From a virus: a stretch of DNA of 64,000 nt. Below are positions 46,700-55,076 of the stretch, one piece after another. The position numbers were made by a program, and so were the translations under genes. Position 1 is the first letter of the stretch, and each line of letters begins with the position of its first letter. The DNA lies in IMG/VR virus record IMGVR_UViG_3300020220_000040, positions 4,541 through 68,540 of that record; one strand, given 5' to 3'. Under the pieces are notes generated by a model. That model saw nothing but the letters and a program-made list of their open reading frames with translations. It did not search any database and was not told where the DNA came from.

Positions 46700-47433
46700 A
46701 GGAGTGGCTGGAGGAGGCTCTGGCCACGTTCTCCCTCTCGGAGCGAGCCGAAGGTTACGCGCTGGGCCGAGGCATCACGGAGTCTCGCCTTCACGACATG
46801 GGCATCGTCGAGTGGAACTCCTCGGTTCTTTCGACGCCTGCTCCCGACGAACTGTTCCGCGACATGAGGAAGGGGATGGGGCCGAGGGGCGAGAAGCTCG
46901 ACGGCAGACTGTGCATCCCCCTCTTTTCCCCTCGGGGCGTCCTCATCGGGTTCGAGACTCGTGTGTGGTCCGGGGAGAAGAAGCTGAGCCAGTACCTCTT
47001 GCCCGGAGCGTCCTGGAACCCTGTCCTCATCGGCCTGACTCCGGCGGCCATGAAGCGGGTGTGGGCCGGTGGGAACGTGTGGCTGGCCGAGGGCGTGTTC
47101 GACATGGGTGCCCTAGAGCACGTCGTCCCTGCGAAGGACGCGGTGTTCGCAACCCTGCGGGCTCGGGTGTCTGAACGCCACGTCAGGTTCCTGCGTCGGT
47201 TTTGCCAGGGGACCGTGAACGTTGTGTACGACAACGACGAAACAGGCCGGAAGCAAGTCGAAGGTTGGGTGGACGAGGCGACCGGCAAGCGACGGTGGGG
47301 GGCTATCGAGTCGCTGTCTCGCGTAGGGTTGAGAGCACGAGACATCCGCTACAGGGGCGGGAAGGACCCGGGTGAAATCTGGGAGAACACAGGTATCGAA
47401 GGGCTGCGGAGAGCTTTCGCCGACGCCCTCTAA
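46696..47433 (+). CDS. DnaG-like primase core (TOPRIM), no zinc-binding domain
   Basis: Y..GRGI, R..IP, GF..R, LAEGVFD, YDNDETG, KDPGE. Confidence 0.8.
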   Translation: MKEWLEEALATFSLSERAEGYALGRGITESRLHDMGIVEWNSSVLSTPAPDELFRDMRKGMGPRGEKLDGRLCIPLFSPRGVLIGFETRVWSGEKKLSQYLLPGASWNPVLIGLTPAAMKRVWAGGNVWLAEGVFDMGALEHVVPAKDAVFATLRARVSERHVRFLRRFCQGTVNVVYDNDETGRKQVEGWVDEATGKRRWGAIESLSRVGLRARDIRYRGGKDPGEIWENTGIEGLRRAFADAL

Positions 47434-47448
47434 CTTTCAGGAGACAGC

Positions 47449-47916
47449 ATGAGCCTCTACAAAGCCGAGCAGGACATCGTGGACATGGTCAAGGACCTTG
47501 TCGGCCAGCACCACCCCGACCTCGCACTCGTCGTCGATGAGATCGCGGTCGTCGTCCGCGAGAAGGCGGGCAAGCGGGGTGGCAAGGCCATCTTGGGCAA
47601 GTCGTCGAAGGCGAGCCCGCTCATCGGAGTGCTGGGCGACACCGACTACAAGTTCATCCTCGAGATCGCGGGCGACGAGTGGCAGAACCTGACCACCAAG
47701 CAGCGCACCGCCCTCCTCGACCACCTCCTGTGCGCGTGCCGGGCCGAGGAAGGCGACGACGGGAACCAGAAGTTCTTCCTCGCCCCTCCGGACGTGGCGT
47801 TCTACTGGGACGAACTCGACCGCCACGGCGACTGGCGGCCCCGTCCCGAGGGTGAGGGGCCGGATGGTCCGTCCCCCATCGACGCCCTGTTCGGCAAGGA
47901 CGAGGACGACACCTGA
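47449..47916 (+). CDS. Phage metallopeptidase-like protein (degenerate site)
   Basis: LGK..K, FILEI..D.W..L...QR.ALLDH, PD; HLLCAC in place of HELxH. Confidence 0.6.
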   Translation: MSLYKAEQDIVDMVKDLVGQHHPDLALVVDEIAVVVREKAGKRGGKAILGKSSKASPLIGVLGDTDYKFILEIAGDEWQNLTTKQRTALLDHLLCACRAEEGDDGNQKFFLAPPDVAFYWDELDRHGDWRPRPEGEGPDGPSPIDALFGKDEDDT

Positions 47917-47938
47917 TCTGGCCTGAACGGGAGGAAGG

Positions 47939-49414
47939 ATGGCCCTCGACACCAAATATCGCCCGCGTCGATTCGAGGATCTGCTCGGGCAGGCCAACAC
48001 CGTCAAGGTGTTGCGTCAGTTCGTGGAGTCCGGGGCCGGATTCCATCAGTCCTACCTGTTCTGCGGGGGACACGGCTCGGGCAAGACGACCATGGGTCGC
48101 ATCCTTGCCCGAGCCCTCCTGTGCGAGAGCCCCAAGGATGGGGACCCGTGCGACCAATGCACGAACTGTGTGTCCATGCTCGAGCGTGGCTCCTCTGAGT
48201 GCTTCACCGAGTTCGACGCGGCCACCAACTCCTCCAAGGAGGACATCAAGCGGCTGACCGAGACGGTCCACTTCGACACGTTCAGCGGGAAGCGTCGCAT
48301 CTACCTGATCGACGAAAGCCACCGCCTCTCTCCGGCGGCTCTTGACGCCCTCCTGAAGCCGATGGAGGACACGGCACCGGGCACGCAAGACAAGCTGCTG
48401 GTGTGCATCTTCTGTACGACCGAGCCCGAGAAGATGAAGGCCACCATCTTCTCCCGGTGTGCCCCCGCCTTCGTCATCCAGAACGTGACCCCGACCGTGA
48501 TCGCGGAACGCCTGGCCTACGTGTGCGAGCAGGAGAAGATCCCCTTCGAGAAGGAGGCCCTGGTCGTCATCGGGGAGGTTTCAGAGTGCCACATCCGTGA
48601 TGCTCTGAAGTCGGTCGAGGGTGTCTCGATGTTGGGCGGGGTCACCCAGGCCAACGTCCACTCGTACCTCCGACTCAACGCCAACAAGCTCTACCTGAAG
48701 ATCCTGTACCTGTTGGGTCGCGACCTGGCGGCGGCCCTCCAGTCGGTCGAGGCCGTGCAGGAGGTCGTATCCCCGACCACCGCCTACGAGCGCATGGCGG
48801 ACCTGGCCATCCTGGCGTACCGCGTCCATCTGGGAGTGGGGCGCATCCCTTCGTACTGGCCCGAGAAGGCTGTCCGGGCGTTGGGGGAGACCCACGGGGC
48901 CTTCTTGCTGAAGGTCGCCTCGTTGTTCTCGTCCAGGCCCTCTCATCCGACCTACGCCATGCTGACTTGTGACCTCGCTACGTTGCATTTTCAGCGTACT
49001 GGCGATGTAGCGTCTCCCGCTTCTATCAGCCCTGCGCTGCTTGCAGCGGCCATCAAGGCAAGCCAGTCCGAGGCAGCCCCACCGCCGCCGACCCCGACTC
49101 CTCCACAACCTTCCGTGGAGCCGCCTCCAGCACACAGCAGCCCTGTCGCGGCGGATCAGAAATCGGTGGAGGCAGGTACAATCAGACCTCCGGTGTCAGA
49201 ACCCGCGCCAAGCCCACCGAAGAAGCCGTCGGCTCCGACGGTGACCAAAGGTGGGGTCTATGTTGACCCTCGAGGGATCAACCGGCGCGACCAAGGGGCC
49301 GTTACTTCCCATGAGTCCACTCCGCCGCCACTTGAAGTCGCTGAGTTCCGCAAGGGACTTCGCCGACTCGTGGCTGAGTTGGCTGTAGATGGTCGGGGGC
49401 ACCGATCAGCGTGA
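47939..49414 (+). CDS. dnaX: DNA Pol III gamma/tau
   Basis: LDTKYRP..FED..GQ, GSGKTT, C...PC..C..C, DAAT, IDESH, LLKPME, TI.SRC, RDAL. Confidence 0.92.
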   Translation: MALDTKYRPRRFEDLLGQANTVKVLRQFVESGAGFHQSYLFCGGHGSGKTTMGRILARALLCESPKDGDPCDQCTNCVSMLERGSSECFTEFDAATNSSKEDIKRLTETVHFDTFSGKRRIYLIDESHRLSPAALDALLKPMEDTAPGTQDKLLVCIFCTTEPEKMKATIFSRCAPAFVIQNVTPTVIAERLAYVCEQEKIPFEKEALVVIGEVSECHIRDALKSVEGVSMLGGVTQANVHSYLRLNANKLYLKILYLLGRDLAAALQSVEAVQEVVSPTTAYERMADLAILAYRVHLGVGRIPSYWPEKAVRALGETHGAFLLKVASLFSSRPSHPTYAMLTCDLATLHFQRTGDVASPASISPALLAAAIKASQSEAAPPPPTPTPPQPSVEPPPAHSSPVAADQKSVEAGTIRPPVSEPAPSPPKKPSAPTVTKGGVYVDPRGINRRDQGAVTSHESTPPPLEVAEFRKGLRRLVAELAVDGRGHRSA

Positions 49415-49943
49415 TGCTCGTAGCTGGGTCGTCCTCGAACTGACCCGGCTCGGCGAGGTCAAGGCCGAGGAGTCTCTGCTTGAGGGTTTGCTGCGGGATG
49501 CCCTCCGAGCGGACAACCAACTCGCCATCTTCATCCCTTCCGTGTCGTACCAGAATGGAGGGCGAAGGATCACCGTGGCCTTGATGGAGGGCTACGCCTT
49601 CGTCGCGACCGGGCTCCCCGAGATGACATACTTCGGGCTGGAGAGCACCCAATACGTGCGGAAGGTGCTCTCCGTCAAAACGCCCAACGGAATGCGGGCG
49701 TTGAGCGTGATTCCCGAAGCCCGCATCGTAGAGATGAGGGCCCAACTTGCACAGCAGGTTTCCTCGGATCTCGTCGAGGGTATGCGAGTCACGGTCACGG
49801 AGGGGGTTTACAGCCATCTGGATGGTGAGGTAGTTCAGATAGATGGCGACAACGCTCGGGTGCGGTTCCTGCTACGCTCCCTAGACCTGATCGCACCCGT
49901 GCCTCGGGTGTTTCTCACCCCCGTTACGGAGGACGAGCCATGA
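49389..49943 (+). CDS. NusG-family transcription factor
   Basis: IFIP, LMEGYAFV, KOW motif G..V.V..G.Y....GEV. Confidence 0.8.
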   Translation: MVGGTDQRDARSWVVLELTRLGEVKAEESLLEGLLRDALRADNQLAIFIPSVSYQNGGRRITVALMEGYAFVATGLPEMTYFGLESTQYVRKVLSVKTPNGMRALSVIPEARIVEMRAQLAQQVSSDLVEGMRVTVTEGVYSHLDGEVVQIDGDNARVRFLLRSLDLIAPVPRVFLTPVTEDEP

Positions 49944-50551
49944 GCGGATGGTGGGGCGGCCACAAGCTGATCGAGTCCTCAGAACTGGAGTCCCGGTTCT
50001 CCGTCGAGGACGGCATGGCCTTCATGGATGCCGTCGTGAGCGAGGGTCTGACCGAAGAGGGGACCCATCAGATCGAACGAGTTCGGTCGGTGATGGACCA
50101 ACTTCCTCCCCGAGAAGCGGATTTCATCGACCTGTACTACTTCCGGTCGATCAAGCAAACCGACATCGCGGCCATCTTCGGGGTCAGCCAGCCGACCGTG
50201 TGCTACCGGCTCCAACGAGCCGCCGCACGGATTCACTTCCTCCTCTCGCTGCCGGACCTCTCGCCCGAAGACGTGGAACGAGATGTCACCCCCTTCCTCG
50301 ACGACCCGATCGACGTGAAGATCATGCTCCTGATGCAGCAGACCACCTGTCAGTCGGAAGTCGCGAAACAACTCAATGTCTCCCAGGGGTTCGTCCGGCA
50401 TCGGTTCATCCGGTCGCTGTCGAAGCTGAAAGGACAGGACGGACTCGAGCCCCACGTCTTGCTGTTCGACCTCATCTCCCGCAACCTCAACATCCTTCGG
50501 GAAGTTCAGAGGCCGGTGTGGGGCATGAAAATGTGCCGCGTCCTGATGTGA
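49940..50551 (+). CDS. Sigma region-4-like double-HTH regulator
   Basis: LPPRE...I.LYY...QTDIA.IFGVSQPTV; QSEVAKQLNVSQ. Confidence 0.75.
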   Translation: MSGWWGGHKLIESSELESRFSVEDGMAFMDAVVSEGLTEEGTHQIERVRSVMDQLPPREADFIDLYYFRSIKQTDIAAIFGVSQPTVCYRLQRAAARIHFLLSLPDLSPEDVERDVTPFLDDPIDVKIMLLMQQTTCQSEVAKQLNVSQGFVRHRFIRSLSKLKGQDGLEPHVLLFDLISRNLNILREVQRPVWGMKMCRVLM

Positions 50552-50599
50552 ACGGCTCCCGTTGATCGTCCTATGACGCGGCCCAAGTGAGGACACCTC

Positions 50600-50911
50600 A
50601 TGGGCAGTGCCCCGTCAGAACGCCGCATCGTCATGGCCCGCAACCTTGCAAAGAGGTGGCTCGAGGCCGAAGCTCGTCCAGAGCATCGCCTGACCATCTA
50701 CTACGTCGGCAAGGAAGTTCGGGGGCTACCGAACGTACTGCGGGGGTTCCGGGACGCGAAGCTCAAGATCGGTTCCGTCGAAACCATCCCGGACCTTGGG
50801 GTCACGGAGGGGTTCGATTCGGTCACCGTGTGGTCGTCTGACCGGGATGCCCTGGTCCGCCTCGCCGCGTGGTTCGAGGCTCACCACTACGAGACGACAG
50901 GGGTGTGGTGA
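50600..50911 (+). CDS. Hypothetical late protein
   Basis: Late-promoter motif at 50561; ARNLAKRWL. Confidence 0.65.
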   Translation: MGSAPSERRIVMARNLAKRWLEAEARPEHRLTIYYVGKEVRGLPNVLRGFRDAKLKIGSVETIPDLGVTEGFDSVTVWSSDRDALVRLAAWFEAHHYETTGVW

Positions 50912-50914
50912 CCA

Positions 50915-51343
50915 ATGGCCGGAACCCGCATCGCATTCGAGTCCACGTACACCTCCGGCACCGGACAACAGCAGTACCGGTACACGGTGGTCGTCGACCT
51001 TTCCGGGGTGACGAGCGTTCGGGACATCCGCTCCCCGTTCGGGCTCATCATGGACACCATGACTCGTCTGCCGCAGTCCGTGGTGGACGACATTCAGGGC
51101 TCGATGGCCCAGGTGGAGACGATCTTGTCCCTCACTTCCGCCGTGAACGGCACTGCCACGTTCGTCTCCGCCACCTCGGTGTCGATCACGTTCTCGACCC
51201 CGATGTCGAACACGAACTACCGGGTGCATCTGTCCCCCTCTGATTTCATCCCCGTGCGGGTCACCTCCAAGCTCACCACGGGGTTCACCATCGAGACGGG
51301 CATCACCTTCACTGGGACCGTCGGCTACGACGTGTTCGTCTGA
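50915..51343 (+). CDS. Putative structural protein
   Basis: Thr/Ser-rich beta domain shared with the C-terminus of 51735. Confidence 0.6.
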   Translation: MAGTRIAFESTYTSGTGQQQYRYTVVVDLSGVTSVRDIRSPFGLIMDTMTRLPQSVVDDIQGSMAQVETILSLTSAVNGTATFVSATSVSITFSTPMSNTNYRVHLSPSDFIPVRVTSKLTTGFTIETGITFTGTVGYDVFV

Positions 51344-51351
51344 GGCCAGCC

Positions 51352-51723
51352 ATGAACCTTCGCGACCACATCATCCGCCTGGCCCATCAGAAGCCCGAGC
51401 TTCAGCCCTACCTGCTCAAGATCCTCACGCACCGTGAAGCTCGAGACGAGCGGGGTTCCGGGGGTCTGATCTTCAACTTCGAGCGGGGGTTCTCCCTTCG
51501 CACGCAGCCCACCGACCCGCCCTACAACCAGACCTACGATGGCCTCATCCTGGTGGAGCGCGCCAAGAAGCCCTACCAGATGGCCCTCCAGGTGGTTCGC
51601 GAGTTCCGGTCGGAGATCGAGCGGCTCAAGACCCCCTACGCCGTATCCAAGTTCGTGGACGAGAAGGTGCGTGAGCGCGTCGGCAAGACCCCCTCTTGGC
51701 ACTCATACTCCATGCCGGACTAG
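51352..51723 (+). CDS. Hypothetical protein
   Basis: ORF with GAGG RBS; N-terminal LRDHIIRLAHQKPEL helix. Confidence 0.65.
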   Translation: MNLRDHIIRLAHQKPELQPYLLKILTHREARDERGSGGLIFNFERGFSLRTQPTDPPYNQTYDGLILVERAKKPYQMALQVVREFRSEIERLKTPYAVSKFVDEKVRERVGKTPSWHSYSMPD

Positions 51724-51734
51724 CGAGGTAGAAC

Positions 51735-53276
51735 GTGGCTCAGCCCCCCTTCAAGACCGACGTTCTTCAGATCGAGCCTGGTGCAGCCGGGACTCGGACG
51801 ATCTCGCGTGACACCACGGCGGGCGAACTGAAGTTCATCGACCCCAGCTTCCCCACGGGCGTTCGACTGGCCGACTTGATGGGGCTCCAGAGCATCCCGA
51901 GCGTGTCCATCGTGGGTCCTTCAGGGGGCGGGGCCCAGTTCACCACCATCCAGGACGCCATCGACGAGATCACCACCACCCCGGCGGTCGTTGTGATCGC
52001 GTCGGGGGAGTACACCGAGGACATCGTTCTCTCGAAGGATGTGGTGCTCTTCGGCCTTGGGTACGTGAAGATCACGAACAGCGCAGCGGGTCCGACCATC
52101 CACATCACCGAGGATGCGGATGATGTCCCCCGGTTCGTCCGGCTTCAGAACCTCACCATCGAGAACACCGACGCCGGCGAGGAGTGCATCTTCGTCGATG
52201 GGTCCAATACGTTCGCAACGGGGACCGTCACCGTAGTGACGGCACCTCTCGCTGCCGGCGACGTGGTGAACATCAACGGCACTCCCCTGACGGGTGTGGC
52301 CGCAGCCCGTACTCCGGGCTCGAACAACTTCAACGCATCCCTCGGGACAACTGCAGCCCTGGCGGCCGAGATCGCGGCAGCCATCACCGACACCGCCAAC
52401 TCGTTCGACACGCTCGTCACCGCCACCGCGTTGAGCAGCGTGGTCACCCTTAAAGCCGTCACCCCGGGTGCGGGAGGCAACGCCATCACGCTGTCGGCGA
52501 CGACCGTGCCTCCAGGTGGCCTGACCGTCTCGGGGGCCACCCTCACGGGAGGCGGGGGCCTCGACTCCGAGGTGGCCCTCGAGGGGGTGGAGATCCTCGA
52601 CTGCATCTTGCTGGCGACGGGTGTGGGCACCCGTCAGATCGTCACCGAGACCGTCAACAACGTCCGGGTCTCCGGTGGGACCTGGCTCGGGTCGTCGTCG
52701 ACCTCGGAGGTCATCCTCAACCAGACGGCCTCGTTCGTGGTGGAAGGCGTGGGCTGGGTCAACGACTTCCAGGTCGCCTACGACACGGGCAACGACCAGC
52801 CCTCCATCCTCACGTCCGCCTGGAGTATCGGTTCGACCAGCCGGGTCGGGAACCTGCTCATCAACCTCATCGGGGAGGGTTCGACCACCCTCTTCAACTG
52901 CCCCAGCGTGAAGGACATCACCCACAACGGCGACCGAACGTTCACGGCGGTCGGCTGTGTGATGGGCAACCTGCTGGTCGAGGACACGGTGGTCGCCCGG
53001 TTCATCAACTGTGCTCGCGGGACGCTGGCCGGGTCGGGGGTCACCGCCGTGGTGTCCGAAACCAGCCTGGTGCGTTCGTCGGCCCTTGTGGCTGCGGGCT
53101 CCGACAGCGTGACCTTCACCCGGTTGCAGCCGAATACCTCCTACGCGGTGGCGGTGGACGTGCCAACTGCAGGGGTGGTTGCCAACGTGACCGCCAAGAC
53201 CACCTCGGGGTTCACAGTCACGTTTTCAGCCCCGGTGACCGGCACCGTTTTCTACACCATCCTCCGGCAGATGTGA
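51735..53276 (+). CDS. Putative virion structural protein (beta-helix-like)
   Basis: FTTIQDAID, G.Y.E pectin-lyase-like start; Thr/Gly/Ala-rich. Confidence 0.65.
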   Translation: MAQPPFKTDVLQIEPGAAGTRTISRDTTAGELKFIDPSFPTGVRLADLMGLQSIPSVSIVGPSGGGAQFTTIQDAIDEITTTPAVVVIASGEYTEDIVLSKDVVLFGLGYVKITNSAAGPTIHITEDADDVPRFVRLQNLTIENTDAGEECIFVDGSNTFATGTVTVVTAPLAAGDVVNINGTPLTGVAAARTPGSNNFNASLGTTAALAAEIAAAITDTANSFDTLVTATALSSVVTLKAVTPGAGGNAITLSATTVPPGGLTVSGATLTGGGGLDSEVALEGVEILDCILLATGVGTRQIVTETVNNVRVSGGTWLGSSSTSEVILNQTASFVVEGVGWVNDFQVAYDTGNDQPSILTSAWSIGSTSRVGNLLINLIGEGSTTLFNCPSVKDITHNGDRTFTAVGCVMGNLLVEDTVVARFINCARGTLAGSGVTAVVSETSLVRSSALVAAGSDSVTFTRLQPNTSYAVAVDVPTAGVVANVTAKTTSGFTVTFSAPVTGTVFYTILRQM

Positions 53277-53283
53277 GGTCGCC

Positions 53284-53682
53284 ATGAGCAACCCTACACA
53301 ACGTGTCGCCGCTCGCTTCTTGGCGAACTACGCGGGCAACCCAGACGGGAACGGCATCTACCCCGTGGAGATCGAGCATGGGTACGAGGAGCCTCTTGCT
53401 GGGGGCACGGACGTGATGCGGAAGCTCCAGAACCAACTGCTCGAGGAGCAGGGTCGGCCGCCTCGTCCGGAGGCTTCCCGTCTCGCCGCGTCCAAGCCCC
53501 GGACGTTGGCCCTACGGTCGCCCTTCTACGAGGCGAGCGACAAAGTCTACGGTCTGATGTCCGCCGTCCAGGCGGAGCCGATGCTCCGGGAGGACAAGAA
53601 ACTTCAGCAGTTCGCCAAGGGCCTGAAGAAACTGATCTCGGACCTCCACGACCACCTCGACTCCACCTACATCTGGGATTGA
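53284..53682 (+). CDS. Hypothetical protein with RVAARFL motif
   Basis: GAGG RBS; contiguous ORF. Confidence 0.65.
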   Translation: MSNPTQRVAARFLANYAGNPDGNGIYPVEIEHGYEEPLAGGTDVMRKLQNQLLEEQGRPPRPEASRLAASKPRTLALRSPFYEASDKVYGLMSAVQAEPMLREDKKLQQFAKGLKKLISDLHDHLDSTYIWD

Positions 53683-54332
53683 CCATGTCCAAGCACGCTG
53701 ATTTCTGGGACGAACTCACCAAGACGGCCTACGCTGGGGACGAGAGCCTCGACTTCGCCGGGAGCTACCTCACCGCCACCGAGAGGGAGGAGGAGGCCGA
53801 ATCCCAGCGTGTGGATGCTGCCGTGGAGCGACGGATCTCGGGTCGCGACCTCAACGAAGGGGCGTTCAACTCCGTGCGGGAGTTGACGGACTCCGCTCGA
53901 GCCAAGGCCGCTCTCACGCTCCCCGTGGAAGCGGGCACCCGGGTCCAGTTCATCGCGAACGCGGGCTCGGTTCTTGCCTACGACGACCCTCCGGCCCCGA
54001 ACGAGTCTGGCGTGGTCGTGGCTGTGAAGTCCGCCTCGGGCCAGATCACGTCCCACAACGGGGTCGTGTTCGCCAAGTGGTCCGACGGGAAGACCCGAGC
54101 CATCCACGCGGAGCACCTCCGGCTTGCAGCGGGTCGTGTCCGCACGACCACGGCTGCCATGGCCGACAAGATCCGGGTGGCCAGCCTCGGTGACCTGTCC
54201 GAGTTCCTTCGGTTCGGCTCCGACACGCTCGTCCACAAGGCCACGAAGGACTTGTGGAAGGTCCGCAAGGACGGAGGCGACTTCGTCATCGAGCGCCTGT
54301 TTGCGGAGAACGGCTCTCCCCTGAAGGTGTGA
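53679..54332 (+). CDS. Hypothetical head-module protein
   Basis: Contiguous ORF; K/R-x-A sites. Confidence 0.65.
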   Translation: MTMSKHADFWDELTKTAYAGDESLDFAGSYLTATEREEEAESQRVDAAVERRISGRDLNEGAFNSVRELTDSARAKAALTLPVEAGTRVQFIANAGSVLAYDDPPAPNESGVVVAVKSASGQITSHNGVVFAKWSDGKTRAIHAEHLRLAAGRVRTTTAAMADKIRVASLGDLSEFLRFGSDTLVHKATKDLWKVRKDGGDFVIERLFAENGSPLKV

Positions 54333-54386
54333 GCGGCCTTCGGTGGAGTCCTTATAGCCGCCGCTCGGGGAGAGGAGGAGCGTCCT

Positions 54387-55076
54387 TTGTCCGTTCCCAA
54401 CCCCAAGCGCGTAGCTGAGGCGTACATCTCCCGCACGGCTTCTTCCACCCGGACGAAGACGGCGGGTGAGGTCCGTTTCATCAAGGACCGTGCGGGAGAC
54501 AAGAACGAGTGGGCATGGGGCACTCCGGGCCCTTCGCAACGGGATATCGGCGAGGACTTCAAGTTCCGCCCGAAGTTCCTGAAGCCACTCTCGCTCACCC
54601 TTCGGGCCACTCTGATGGCGATGGGGCACGCCCTGTCCGCCCAGAACACCTTCGCGAAGGTGAAGTCCGCGGACATCTCCCCGGATGGCAGCCTCGGCGG
54701 CAAGGGGTACATCCAGAAGATCCCGGACATGCGGCGGGCCTACATGAACGTGGTCGAGGCGCTGTCCGCGCTGTCCGACACGCTCTACGACGAACTGAAG
54801 GCACCCCACTGGCATCCCGAGGCTACGGATGGTGGTCCTCGTGAGCGCGAGGAGGTCCAGGAGATCCTTCAGGACGCCGAGGAGATTCAACGGGACCCAG
54901 AGGGCTGGGCCGAGGAGGAACAGTCCGAGATGGACGCGGAGCACGAGTCCGCCGAACCCGAAGGTCCAGTGGCAGCACAGAAGCCCAAGCCTCGGGGGAA
55001 GAAAGCCGCCCAGTCCTCGTGGCCCCTCCTCGCCGCCTCCGTTGCCAACCGTCATCTGAAGGGGAGCACCCCGTGA
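54387..55076 (+). CDS. Hypothetical head-module protein
   Basis: Late-promoter motif at 54342; AGGAGG RBS; RVAEAYI. Confidence 0.65.
   Translation: MSVPNPKRVAEAYISRTASSTRTKTAGEVRFIKDRAGDKNEWAWGTPGPSQRDIGEDFKFRPKFLKPLSLTLRATLMAMGHALSAQNTFAKVKSADISPDGSLGGKGYIQKIPDMRRAYMNVVEALSALSDTLYDELKAPHWHPEATDGGPREREEVQEILQDAEEIQRDPEGWAEEEQSEMDAEHESAEPEGPVAAQKPKPRGKKAAQSSWPLLAASVANRHLKGSTP

Noticed and set aside
47939-49414. dnaX programmed frameshift
   Set aside because: No A6G or poly-A/T slippery site noticed; the Pro-rich tail is in frame
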